Below, piece after piece: positions 46,430 to 56,121 of a stretch of DNA of 64,000 nt. Location: the NCBI GenBank assembly GCA_000146465.1, contig CP001945.1. One strand, given 5' to 3'. A program made the translations under genes and the position numbers. The notes beneath the pieces are model-generated. The model saw only the letters and a list, made by a program, of their open reading frames with translations, searched no databases and was not told where the DNA came from. Each line of letters opens with the position of its first letter. The stretch's first letter is position 1.

Positions 46430-46894
46430 ATGGAGATCCCGGTGGAAATAGCCAGTAACTTCTGGAAGATAGCCTTCTTTCTTCTGGTTCTTTACGTAGT
46501 TCTAGAGAAGAGACCCAGGATTAGAACCAAAAAGCCTGTCGAGAAAGGAGAATATGGAATGAACATTATAATCAACAAGGATTATAATATGACCAAGGGT
46601 AAAGTTATTTCCCAGATCTGTCATGGGATGGCCTCTGTGATGGAGCATCTGTTTAGAAACAAAGAACTATTTCTTGAATGGAAGAGAAACCAAGAGCCTA
46701 AGATAGTTCTGAAGGCCTCTGGAGGGGAGATTGAGGAGATTATAAGACTGGCCAAAAAGAACGGTGTTTACTACCACAAAATACACGATGCCGGTAGGAC
46801 ACAGGTCCCTTCTGGTGCAAACACGGTACTTATGCTTGGCCCAGCACTGAGATATAAGCTTTTGTCCATTTCTGGCCATTTGAAACTGTATTAG
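46430..46894 (+). CDS. PTH2: Peptidyl-tRNA hydrolase PTH2, with an N-terminal membrane anchor.
   Basis: An N-terminal transmembrane helix precedes KMNIIINKDYNMTKGKVISQICHGMASV...KIVLKASGGEIEEIIRLAKKNGVYYHKIHDAGRTQVPSGANTVLMLGP, which matches the PTH2 core ([24 protein letters not shown]...KVVLKA..EEELLEL...AKSLGL....[21 protein letters not shown]). Confidence 0.8.
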   Translation: MEIPVEIASNFWKIAFFLLVLYVVLEKRPRIRTKKPVEKGEYGMNIIINKDYNMTKGKVISQICHGMASVMEHLFRNKELFLEWKRNQEPKIVLKASGGEIEEIIRLAKKNGVYYHKIHDAGRTQVPSGANTVLMLGPALRYKLLSISGHLKLY

Positions 46895-47086
46895 ACCGCC
46901 TACCCATTCCAACCGTCCAAATCCATGGAACTGTCTTGATATATAATAAGCAAGCTGTGTTCGTTGGTTGGATCAAGGCGGTAATGCTATTTGGGCTACC
47001 CCTTTAATCCTCCAAATGCTAATTAAAAAGACTAAAAATATAATCCGGATCACTTTCTTCTTTATTATTCCCTCCCAAGAGAAGTT

Positions 47087-47611
47087 ATGAATTCTAAAAT
47101 GTTTTTGGTAGTCATTATCTTTTGGATCTTCCAAGTAGTAGAGGTGGGCGTGATCGATGCTCTTGAACATGCTTTTGTTAATGCCAAGGTGTACCAAGTT
47201 CACAATTTTCCAGACATTCTGGGAATGGATTACAACAAGGATATCCGATACATAAACTTTTACGCATTCTTGAGTGGTGTTATATGTACATGGATTTTGG
47301 TGTTTCCGTTGACAATCAAGCTAGTCATCCTTGCTGTCTTCGGCACAGAGGATGATTCTGAGAAGGTTGGAGATTATTTTCTATGGTTCCATTTGGCTTT
47401 ACTACTTCTCCTGACGTTTGCTGATATTTTGATTCTTTGGACCTGTGATCGAGATACACTTCGGGCTCAGGCAACTGATGCCTATGGCCTTTATTATATC
47501 TATAGAAACCATAAACTTTTTTACTTATCACATTTGGTTGCAGAGATTGTTTCTTTGGTGGGAGTTGTATTCTATGGATGTTTGTTCAAAGATATCTACT
47601 TGGCCGGATAG
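47087..47611 (+). CDS. Hypothetical four-TM membrane protein.
   Basis: Intact 174-aa ORF with four hydrophobic helices. No recognised motif. Confidence 0.35.
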   Translation: MNSKMFLVVIIFWIFQVVEVGVIDALEHAFVNAKVYQVHNFPDILGMDYNKDIRYINFYAFLSGVICTWILVFPLTIKLVILAVFGTEDDSEKVGDYFLWFHLALLLLLTFADILILWTCDRDTLRAQATDAYGLYYIYRNHKLFYLSHLVAEIVSLVGVVFYGCLFKDIYLAG

Positions 47612-47656
47612 ATAAACAGAATGGTTTTTAAGTACATGGCCGTGGTTTCATGTTTC

Positions 47657-48241
47657 TTACTTTTCCAGAATTACCATAAAACTTCTTTCGATCTTCTCGG
47701 TTATGCTCCTGTCGGGAGCTGAAACTCCTTTCTTCCTACTGGAAGGAACTACAAAGTACAAATCCCTAATCTTCTCATTGATAAACTTGGGTGTGACAGT
47801 CACTCTTCTTGGAGATATAGGAAAATCTCCTTCTAAAGCCACTACATAATCATCAGACTCCAGCTCCTTGCATCCAGGGGGAAGAGAGCAAATGTGCCCA
47901 TCTCCGCCTATCCCGAGAAGACATACATCGATGTCCGGGAGCTCTGCAGAATACATCTTGGCTGCCTCATCCAAAGGTCTTGAAGTCCATATTCGATGCA
48001 CGTCTGCGTTGGTCTTGCTTATAAATCCTATTGATCCAGTGTAGTTCAAATGGTTTTGGTCTGCTCTCTCATCAGAATAGAATATTCTCCACCCCGAGGT
48101 GTCCATAGTCAGGTATCTTTTGTCCTCAAGGCATTGAAGTAGAGACCCTCCAGAGATCATCAGTGCTAAGCTTCTTCCAGAGTATTCTTTTAAGATTCGA
48201 TATATCTCTGTGCTGAAGTCTTCTGTAAACAAAACATCCAT
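47657..48241 (-). CDS. 6-phosphogluconolactonase of the pentose-phosphate pathway.
   Basis: The motifs LALMISGGSLLQ, WRIFYSDER and DVCLLGIGGDGHICSLPPG match 6PGL (FALGLSGGSL ... FFCDERLVP ... DLLILGVGPDGHTCSLFPD). Start is taken at the internal Met MDVLFTEDF, whose beta-strand aligns with the 6PGL N-terminus. The ORF track extends to 48376 and would then overlap RPL22. Confidence 0.7.
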   Translation of the reverse strand: MDVLFTEDFSTEIYRILKEYSGRSLALMISGGSLLQCLEDKRYLTMDTSGWRIFYSDERADQNHLNYTGSIGFISKTNADVHRIWTSRPLDEAAKMYSAELPDIDVCLLGIGGDGHICSLPPGCKELESDDYVVALEGDFPISPRRVTVTPKFINEKIRDLYFVVPSSRKKGVSAPDRSITEKIERSFMVILEK

Positions 48242-48311
48242 TAGGGGTTTAAGACTAATCGGACAAAGATCTAGAAACAGGATTAATGGCTGTTTAGAAA
48301 AAACCCATATT

Positions 48312-48650
48312 TTATTCTTCCTTACCTTCCTCAACATTAATATACTTGAGTTCAAATCCATCTGGCCCTTGTGCAAAAATCTTGATGAAAGCCCTAAGCT
48401 TCTTCATATGTAGAAACCTTGCTATCTGCCACTTTATTCCCCGCTTTGGTATAAATCCTCCTGTGACATTCACTTCAACAATGTTCCCGCTCACCTCGAT
48501 CTGGAGAAGCTTTTCCTTCTTTCCCATGTGGCATTTGATCTTCTGTTGAAGAAATGCCCCCAGGTCCGAAGGAGAGACGAGACTGTCGGATGCCGGCTTT
48601 GTACAGTCAACAGTAAACTTCCTTGTGGTCTTCTCCGATGCCGTTGCCAT
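48312..48650 (-). CDS. RPL22: 60S ribosomal protein L22e.
   Basis: The sequence KFTVDCTKPASDSLVSPSDLGAFLQQKIKC...IEVSGNIVEVN matches RPL22 ([30 protein letters not shown]...[35 protein letters not shown]). An acidic C-terminus is present. The upstream motif CCAAAATTTTTCACCCC lies 9 nt before the ATG. Confidence 0.85.
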   Translation of the reverse strand: MATASEKTTRKFTVDCTKPASDSLVSPSDLGAFLQQKIKCHMGKKEKLLQIEVSGNIVEVNVTGGFIPKRGIKWQIARFLHMKKLRAFIKIFAQGPDGFELKYINVEEGKEE

Positions 48651-48709
48651 TTGTCTTATTGGGGTGAAAAATTTTGGCTCCAGAAGAACACAAAACTGAG
48701 CTTTGGATT

Positions 48710-49999
48710 TTAGAGGCCTAGCTCAATGGAGTCTCCACCAAAATAGCCTTGCAAAACATCGGGGATGCTAATCCCTCTCTCATTTTGATAGTTTTCCACA
48801 ATGCAGCATAGTGTCCGTTGAATTGCACACATGGTTCCATTCAGTAAATGGACGTAAACCTTGCGGTTGTTCTCCTTGGCAATTCCATACCTGATCTCAA
48901 GCTCTCTCGACTGGTAATCCGTGCAGTTTGAGCAAGAAACCAACTCTCTGTATTTCTCTGCATTCGGGAAATACGCCTCAAGATCGTACTTCATGACTGC
49001 TGCATCATTCAACTCCCCAGATACAATGCTTACAACATTATAACTTATGTCTAATGACTGGTAGAACTCTTCACATATTTTTATCATCTCTTCATGATGT
49101 CTTTCAGACTCCTCAGGGCTGCATATTACAAACTGTTCAATCTTCTCAAACTGATGGACCCGGAATAGCCCTGCATTATCTTTTCCATGGGCTCCAGCTT
49201 CCTTTCTGAAGCAGAGAGACTGCCCACAGAACTTTTTGGGAGTCTCCTGAGGAACAATTCTTTCGTCCATGTACAGTGCTGCGAGAGACTGCTCAGACGT
49301 TGCAACAAGATACAGGTCGTCCTCAACCTTGTAGAGCTGATCGTCAAAATCACTTAGCTGTGATGTCTTTCCCATCACGTCTCTTTTGAGCATCACCGGT
49401 GTTTGGATATAGACATAGCCCTTGTTCTCAAGAAAGTCAATAGCATATCTCGAAAGAGCCTGTGCTAGCCTGGCCATCTTTCCAGATAGATAGTATCCTC
49501 GATGCCCTACCACCTTTGCCCCTGCTTCCGGATGAGTGAAGTCTTTCATTAGCACACAAAAAGGCTTTGGATCTTTCTTTATGCTTCTTCCACTTCTATA
49601 GGACCTTATAATCTCATTGTCCTTTTCGTCATTACTGACCACAACTTTGGGAGAAATAATGTTTCCTATCCCTTTCATCACCTTACTAAGCTCATCTTCG
49701 ATAACCTTTACATCTTCTTTGAGTCTTTTTGCTTCCCCCTGAATGTCTTTCATCTCTTTAACTTTTTCTCCAAGATCTGCATCCTCTTTATTCTTTCCCT
49801 GCTTGTATCCCGACTTTATCTCTCTGTCCAGTTGGTTAACTCGAGTATTGATTTGGTCGAGCCGGAAGTTGGTTTCTATCTTTCTTCTGTCCAATTCATA
49901 GGCCCTTTCAACACCTGTTCCATCTCGAAACCGCTTCTTCTCGCTCTCAACCACCTTTTCACGGCTCTTTTCATCTCTAATTAGACCGATGTCGATCAT
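48710..49999 (-). CDS. SES1: Seryl-tRNA synthetase, class II.
   Basis: From the internal Met MIDIGLIRDEK, an N-terminal coiled-coil arm is followed by a class II core containing FRKEAGAHGKDNAGLFRVHQFEKIEQF. This matches SerRS motif 2/3 (FRSEAGS.GRDTRGIFRVHQFEKIEQF). Confidence 0.9.
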   Translation of the reverse strand: MIDIGLIRDEKSREKVVESEKKRFRDGTGVERAYELDRRKIETNFRLDQINTRVNQLDREIKSGYKQGKNKEDADLGEKVKEMKDIQGEAKRLKEDVKVIEDELSKVMKGIGNIISPKVVVSNDEKDNEIIRSYRSGRSIKKDPKPFCVLMKDFTHPEAGAKVVGHRGYYLSGKMARLAQALSRYAIDFLENKGYVYIQTPVMLKRDVMGKTSQLSDFDDQLYKVEDDLYLVATSEQSLAALYMDERIVPQETPKKFCGQSLCFRKEAGAHGKDNAGLFRVHQFEKIEQFVICSPEESERHHEEMIKICEEFYQSLDISYNVVSIVSGELNDAAVMKYDLEAYFPNAEKYRELVSCSNCTDYQSRELEIRYGIAKENNRKVYVHLLNGTMCAIQRTLCCIVENYQNERGISIPDVLQGYFGGDSIELGL

Positions 50000-50052
50000 T
50001 CCTGGGGATCCATCCAAACATTTTATCGAAGAAAGTAAATCAAAACATCTTT

Positions 50053-53000
50053 TTAATTCTCTTCCCACTCTTCCTCTCGATCCCGGTCTTTCCAGAACTT
50101 CGAAAAATGCCCAACTCTGCAAGATCCATCATAGAATCCCTGAGGAGCCCCTATTCTCCATGTGTATTTCAAGCTGTCATCGTAGAATGGTCTTGCAAAG
50201 TTGTAGTTCCACATCTCGGGAATAAGAAAAACCCCCATGTCTCCAGTCAGCACAAATTCCATCTCTTTCCAACCACATTCCTCTTTTTTCATCACCTTTA
50301 TCCTATCATCGATGAGTATGGCTAGTCCGTCAATTATTTTGTACCTTTCATGCAGGAGATCTACAGTTTGGAGGTTGTTTCCATTCATTACCACTCCAAC
50401 AATATTGGACTCAGGAGTAAATAACGAGGAGTGAATCACAGATAATGACGAAAATTGAGGAACAAGCCCAAAGGAGATCGGATCTCCCCCAACCACCAAT
50501 CCAAAGACTAAGACGTGGGGATCCATTATCTCCATGAACTTCCTGACGAGGTTCAAAGGAATCTTCAGGATTTTTCTTTCATCAACTTGGTCTAAGAATT
50601 CTGTTTTACAGTTTCCTTTCTCCAGCATCTCCAAAATCCATCTTTCAAGATCCCCACTTTTGCTCATTCTGTCCAGTTTCACATATCTGCTTCTCCATCC
50701 ATCACTACCTCCAAAAGACACATGTCCTGGCCTGTTGAACACCATTTTACTATTCTTTATCTCTGTGTCTATAACCTTTCCCTCTTCCTCTCGTCCCAAA
50801 CCCGCTTTAAACCCAAACACTATGTCTCTTATCTCATTCTGAGACAAACTAGAAGGCTCTATTCCATAAATAGTACAGTAACTTTCAACTATGAGATCCT
50901 TCAGCTCAATCTCCTTTTTTATCCATTCAGAGTCACTTATCTCAGGCCATATCTCATTAATTCCAAGATCCTTGACTCTTGTTTCATCAACATCCATTCC
51001 GTGCACCACAAGGAGAAGCCTGCAGAAATTCGTAAACCTGCTTGTTTCACGCCACTTCTCATATAGATTAATGCTTCGAACACATTTTTCTTTTTCGAAC
51101 CCTTTGAGTTTCACCAAATTAGAAAATGGTGGTATTGATAGACATGTTTTCACCGATATAGATGGGTGGTCTATACTAAAGTTCTCCATTGCATCCACCA
51201 TGTCTTCAGAGACAACAACACTTCTCTTCTTAAGCTCCTCACCCATCAAAAATATATCTTGGGCTGCAAGAAACCTTATCTGCCGGATCTTTTTGCTCTC
51301 TCCAGAGTAACTTTTGAAATACAGATTTCCACTTCCAGGATCAAAGATAAACAGCATCTTTTCCTTCTTAAGCAATGCCTTGACGTCAACCAGAAGCCCG
51401 GAGTTAAACATCTCCCCACTGTTATTAACCACCTCAACATCGGAAGTGTACAGCTGAAGTGCCTTCCTAAGCCTCTCCCGAAGCACATGAAGCATCGAAT
51501 TCTCCATCAAGATCTTCTCCATCGAGTCTCTTATCACAGTATTTAGCTCTCCATTCAGATTTCCATATGCACTCCATGTATTGTAACAAAGATCGAGAAC
51601 TATGATAAATCCATTCTGGACCGGATATCGAGTCTGAGGATCTCTAACACACTCAGCAAACCTTACCCTTGCATATTTACGGGAATTCCTTTTGTCATAG
51701 TCTCCCCATCTCAGCTGAACATCAATCCACAATCCATCACATCTCTCTCCATCTCCCTCCGTCTCTTCAGAAATACACATAGGAGACTGAACATAGAAAT
51801 CCCCCGACAGAAGGATGTCTGCACAGCTGCTTCCAAACCTGTAACTTTTCTTCCCGTGTACTTCCAGCCTCTTAGTATCACAGTACTTCTTAAACATATC
51901 ACACAAGTCCTTAACAACACTCTCATGGATTCTCTTCCACAGATGGTTTCGGAATATCTGAACAAACGAAATCTTCAACGTCGGTAGCTTTCCGTGCATA
52001 AACACTCCCGTTTGGTCCAATTGAACCTGATATCCAACATATACATTTCCCCTGTTGATAGTTGGTGACCACCACAAGATGAATCTTCTGTTGGGAACTT
52101 GGCTCAACCCCATCTTCTGGGCGTTTGTCAGACGTCTATACCCTCCAGCAACACTGTCCTCCCAAAACACCTTGCTGAAGCTTCTGAAATACGTCGCCCC
52201 AAACAGCGTGTGGTCTGCAATCCCTTCAAGCCCTCCAAGGACTTTTAAAACATCTGCTGTGAATCCCTCCATACTCCATAGCTTCCCATCATGCCTTGCA
52301 TCTGTAAACCAAAACCATTCGGGATTGCTTGAATATTTCTTAAACATGCTAATAATCCTAAATCCCCTGTCATACAGTAGCCATCTACTTCTTTGAAGAA
52401 GAGTACTCATTCGTGGAATCCCCTTTTCAGGTTCTATCTTTCCACTCCTCCCATACTCCGTCCACACTCTGCTTGACTCAGAAAACTCATCGTCCCATCG
52501 GGATGTATAGTCCAGAATCCCTGGAATGGTCTTATGCTTCTCTTCCTCCATGTCCGAAACATCTTCCTGAAAAAGCCGGACTCCTCCAGCACTTAGCATC
52601 CCTAGTCCTCCCATCTCCTTAGGTGCATAGAACATAACAGGTGGAAACCTCACCGGCATCTTCGAGTTTATTCCTTTCTTCACAACATTCTGTATCATAC
52701 ATTCAGCTTTTCTAAGCCTCTCCTCCAGCCCCTGAGTGTCACAGATGCACTCTCTGTAGTACATTGTAAACGAAAGAATCTGTGTATTCCATCTTGTTGC
52801 CACCTTGAGAAATGTGGCAGATCCACTCGTGTTCACAATATGCATTATATTACTTTCAAACATTTCTACACTCTTGTCACTCACAGCCAAGTTTGCATAC
52901 ATCCCATTCTCAAGCTTCCATGAGCTTCTTTCATGGATCTTCTTTGAAGAAATCATCACATCAATTCCCCCCATCGAGAACTTAACACCTGGGAATATAC

Positions 53001-56000
53001 TACATCCTCGGAATCTGATTCTCCCTAAAGAAGGTAATAGTCTCGTCGCAACCTCGGCATGAACACACTTCTCTAAAAGTTTCAGTCTCTCCCTGCCATT
53101 GCTACTATCAAATTCCTCAGTCTCTTCATCATAAAGATTCCCACAAATCCCATCGAAGTAGTTTCCTCTTCGATCTTTCATCACATCTTCAAACCATTCA
53201 GTTCCCTTTCCATAGTCAGAGAGTAAGGCGCTTTCTTCCTCTTTCTTTAGTTTAAAAAGGATGTAGACATCGTCCATATGCCTAAAGTACAGCTTTATGC
53301 TACTTTTCTCGTCCATGAAAACATCTTCTCCTAAAACACACAGGTCGATGATAAACGAATAAAACTTATATACAAACGCAGAAAGCTGAAATCCTTTGAT
53401 AAACCCAACATGGTTGGTGTACCTCATATCCTTGTAGAAAACTAAGCAGTTGTTTCTGCTTATGATGTAATCCGCCAAAGTAGGGTCCAAAACAAGCTTC
53501 AGCAGCTTCGAAAGGAGGTTGTTATCTATCATCTTCATAATCCCCGAGTATTTTCCCTCGTAAAGTACAACTCTTTCCCCATCTACTCCACTGAATGATG
53601 AAATTTTCTCGCATAAGTCCATCAGGGCCTTTAAGTCCATCTCGTCTCCAGGCTTGATAAACTCAGGGAAGATGTTGAGCCTCTCGGATTCGTAGAACAG
53701 GTATGCACAAAGAAATGCATCCACAAGCCTCTCCATGTACGATACATGGTAGTATTCAATTCCCCCGCTTCCATATCTCTTTAGAGTAACAGAAACCTCT
53801 TTGAACGATCTTTGAGTAAGCAATGACTTTTTTATCTTGAAAATGGTGTCGGCAGAGTCCTCCAGCGCCTTGTCGAAAAACTCGCATTCCTCGGCCGTTG
53901 CATTCTTCTTAAGCCTGTCCACTGCAATGCTCAAGAACTTCTCCTCATTCTTCTCAGGAAACAATATCTTCCCTGTTCCTTTGCTCCTGAAGTATTCCGC
54001 AGAAAGCTTGTAGATAGCAACAGCCTCTGCTGCTTTGAGAAACGGCTGGCTCAAATACTCCGCTTGCTCAGCCATCCGTTCCTTCATATATAGCCTTGTA
54101 ATCTTTCCAAGACGCTTCTTCTCTCCCTTTTTACTCTTCTCTCCCCCGTTAATCGCACTCTCAATATACCATCCAGACCTCAGCCGAACGTATCTGTCTA
54201 TTATCCCCTGCAATTCAAAAAGTTCCTTCTGATGCTTGACTCCTGCCATTTTCCCCTGCTCCTGTATATTCAACACAAAGTTATCTGAAAATGTAACCAC
54301 ACTCTGCTTAGAAGATATCGTTGTATTTCCCTCCCCCTCTTGGAGAGTATCAACCATAGGCCTGATAGCCTCCAGGTTTACAATCGTAGTCTCTGAAGTT
54401 CCTTTCAGGCCCTCTTGCTCAAGAGATAAAGAAGCACTTCTTCTTATTCCTAGTTCCTTGATGTGCTCATGTACAATATGGTAGGGAACATTTGCCTTCC
54501 AACATCTCCACGCTTCACTAAAATGCTGGAGAAGCCTCCTTACTTGTGTCGGATGGAGCACAGACGAAACTTCGGCCATAATCTGCCTCTTTAGTGCAAC
54601 ATCATATCCACTCTCGCTTCGTTGCTTCGATAGAGGCTTTGGATTATAGTCCCTTCCTTCCGCAATCCTTGTAACCAGCCCAGAAATATATCTTCCAAGC
54701 AACGGAATGTGTCCCCGGAACATAAAGCACCACGTCCTCCACTGCTCTCCCCATCCTTTAAATCCTATGTAATCCGAAAGCCTCTTCCATGACTTGCATT
54801 GCTTGATCTGCTTCATAAGCTTATACTTGTACCTGTATATTCCTGTCAGAACCCCAACATTGTTAAGCACATGATCTACATTCGCCATCAGTTCATATCC
54901 GTCAATGTTTCCTTGTCTAAACAGAACGTGGATATCCACAAGATGCTTCACAAGCTTAAGCATTTCTCTTGTTAGATGATAAGATGTTCCGACTCGGGAC
55001 TTCTTTCTTTCTTTTGTCGTCAGTTGCCGAATAGGCTTCAAATTGAAGTTCCAGTCAAGAATGAGATAGCTAAGCTTCTTCCTTCTCAACACTTCGCTAA
55101 GCATCCTGTGCCCTTGATACACCAATTGGAGCCCCGCCTCAACCCAGTCTATCTCTGTCCTTTGGAAATATCTTGTATTTTTCAGCTTCTTAAGAATGTG
55201 GCTAGGAGGCCTCTTCTTTGTCTTCTTCTCTGTGATCCTTGCATAGTTCCTGAGAAGGTTTCGGACCTTGGGACCCTCGTCCGTCCTTTCTCTCAAGCAC
55301 TCCCCTTTCAGCAATGGGATGTCGGCCGGATGTCTTTCCTTTTTTCTCCTGCCATCCTCTCTCTTCTCCCTTCTAAATGGACTTATAGCATCCAAATGAG
55401 TTTTTTCCAAAACTTGTACCCTTGTACTTCTGTTGTAAAGATAAGGATAAGCTATCCTTTCGAGCCCAGGCTCCCTCTCCATTATATTCACATCATTTCC
55501 ACTCCTCTCAGTAACATAAGGCCCATTCTCAAGCTGCACACCTACATGCCTGCTTATCAAGAATGCTTTGCAATTAAACAGATATCCCTCGTCCACATCT
55601 CTAAAGTCTTCCTTCCACTTTATGTTGTCTTGACTCCCAATAGCAGTTGGAACAGGGAGGCCAATTATACTTCCATAGTCCACTACTGGTTCGTCGTCAT
55701 CAAACACAGGGTATCTCAGAACACGTACAAGTCCTCTTTTTCTTTCCTCTGAAGAAAACAACATACTTGCATGGCTCCATCTATTCTTGTACTCTTCTAC
55801 ATCTACTCTCCTCTTCTCTGTGACAAAGGTCACCAGCCCAGAAACATGGTATACAACATCCACATATCTGATCGACTCCCATGGCATTGGCATCGACCTC
55901 ACAAGATTATGAAGTGCATACGGCATGTACCTCATTGCTCCCATGAAGGAAGGATGCATGTCTTTTGATGTCCTTATTATTCTTCGAAGATGTTCTGGCG

Positions 56001-56031
56001 GCATCCTTTCCTTTCTAACACTAGAAGGCAT
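50053..56031 (-). CDS. PRP8: Pre-mRNA-processing-splicing factor 8 (PRP8), reduced to 1992 aa.
   Basis: The N-terminus reads PEHLRRIIRTSKDMHPSFMGAMRYMPYALHNLVRSMPMPWESIRYVDVVYHVSGLVTFV, matching Prp8 (HLRKIIRDHGDM...[42 protein letters not shown]). A single long ORF is co-linear with the Prp8 RT-like, thumb, endonuclease-like, RNase H-like and Jab1/MPN regions. Confidence 0.95.
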   Translation of the reverse strand: MPSSVRKERMPPEHLRRIIRTSKDMHPSFMGAMRYMPYALHNLVRSMPMPWESIRYVDVVYHVSGLVTFVTEKRRVDVEEYKNRWSHASMLFSSEERKRGLVRVLRYPVFDDDEPVVDYGSIIGLPVPTAIGSQDNIKWKEDFRDVDEGYLFNCKAFLISRHVGVQLENGPYVTERSGNDVNIMEREPGLERIAYPYLYNRSTRVQVLEKTHLDAISPFRREKREDGRRKKERHPADIPLLKGECLRERTDEGPKVRNLLRNYARITEKKTKKRPPSHILKKLKNTRYFQRTEIDWVEAGLQLVYQGHRMLSEVLRRKKLSYLILDWNFNLKPIRQLTTKERKKSRVGTSYHLTREMLKLVKHLVDIHVLFRQGNIDGYELMANVDHVLNNVGVLTGIYRYKYKLMKQIKQCKSWKRLSDYIGFKGWGEQWRTWCFMFRGHIPLLGRYISGLVTRIAEGRDYNPKPLSKQRSESGYDVALKRQIMAEVSSVLHPTQVRRLLQHFSEAWRCWKANVPYHIVHEHIKELGIRRSASLSLEQEGLKGTSETTIVNLEAIRPMVDTLQEGEGNTTISSKQSVVTFSDNFVLNIQEQGKMAGVKHQKELFELQGIIDRYVRLRSGWYIESAINGGEKSKKGEKKRLGKITRLYMKERMAEQAEYLSQPFLKAAEAVAIYKLSAEYFRSKGTGKILFPEKNEEKFLSIAVDRLKKNATAEECEFFDKALEDSADTIFKIKKSLLTQRSFKEVSVTLKRYGSGGIEYYHVSYMERLVDAFLCAYLFYESERLNIFPEFIKPGDEMDLKALMDLCEKISSFSGVDGERVVLYEGKYSGIMKMIDNNLLSKLLKLVLDPTLADYIISRNNCLVFYKDMRYTNHVGFIKGFQLSAFVYKFYSFIIDLCVLGEDVFMDEKSSIKLYFRHMDDVYILFKLKKEEESALLSDYGKGTEWFEDVMKDRRGNYFDGICGNLYDEETEEFDSSNGRERLKLLEKCVHAEVATRLLPSLGRIRFRGCSIFPGVKFSMGGIDVMISSKKIHERSSWKLENGMYANLAVSDKSVEMFESNIMHIVNTSGSATFLKVATRWNTQILSFTMYYRECICDTQGLEERLRKAECMIQNVVKKGINSKMPVRFPPVMFYAPKEMGGLGMLSAGGVRLFQEDVSDMEEEKHKTIPGILDYTSRWDDEFSESSRVWTEYGRSGKIEPEKGIPRMSTLLQRSRWLLYDRGFRIISMFKKYSSNPEWFWFTDARHDGKLWSMEGFTADVLKVLGGLEGIADHTLFGATYFRSFSKVFWEDSVAGGYRRLTNAQKMGLSQVPNRRFILWWSPTINRGNVYVGYQVQLDQTGVFMHGKLPTLKISFVQIFRNHLWKRIHESVVKDLCDMFKKYCDTKRLEVHGKKSYRFGSSCADILLSGDFYVQSPMCISEETEGDGERCDGLWIDVQLRWGDYDKRNSRKYARVRFAECVRDPQTRYPVQNGFIIVLDLCYNTWSAYGNLNGELNTVIRDSMEKILMENSMLHVLRERLRKALQLYTSDVEVVNNSGEMFNSGLLVDVKALLKKEKMLFIFDPGSGNLYFKSYSGESKKIRQIRFLAAQDIFLMGEELKKRSVVVSEDMVDAMENFSIDHPSISVKTCLSIPPFSNLVKLKGFEKEKCVRSINLYEKWRETSRFTNFCRLLLVVHGMDVDETRVKDLGINEIWPEISDSEWIKKEIELKDLIVESYCTIYGIEPSSLSQNEIRDIVFGFKAGLGREEEGKVIDTEIKNSKMVFNRPGHVSFGGSDGWRSRYVKLDRMSKSGDLERWILEMLEKGNCKTEFLDQVDERKILKIPLNLVRKFMEIMDPHVLVFGLVVGGDPISFGLVPQFSSLSVIHSSLFTPESNIVGVVMNGNNLQTVDLLHERYKIIDGLAILIDDRIKVMKKEECGWKEMEFVLTGDMGVFLIPEMWNYNFARPFYDDSLKYTWRIGAPQGFYDGSCRVGHFSKFWKDRDREEEWEEN

Positions 56032-56121
56032 CCTAGGGCAAATACTCGATGTCCAAATACTCCCTGCAAAAAGGCATTTGGGATTTTGAATTGGTTCTTC
56101 GTCTTCCCTCAGTAGAGGGGC

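Noticed and set aside
48312-48376. An apparent overlap of the 6-phosphogluconolactonase N-terminus with the RPL22 3' end.
   Set aside because: The first 45 residues of the long ORF do not align to 6PGL. The internal Met MDVLFTEDF supplies the conserved first beta-strand, which puts the start at 48241 and removes the overlap. The longer N-terminal extension cannot be fully excluded.
50107-55968. Plus-strand ORFs embedded in PRP8, such as 50534-50842, 50722-51066, 51166-51546 and 54976-55752.
   Set aside because: They are antisense to a near-perfectly conserved PRP8 frame. Their translations are proline-, serine- and leucine-rich low-complexity sequence. They are chance ORFs.
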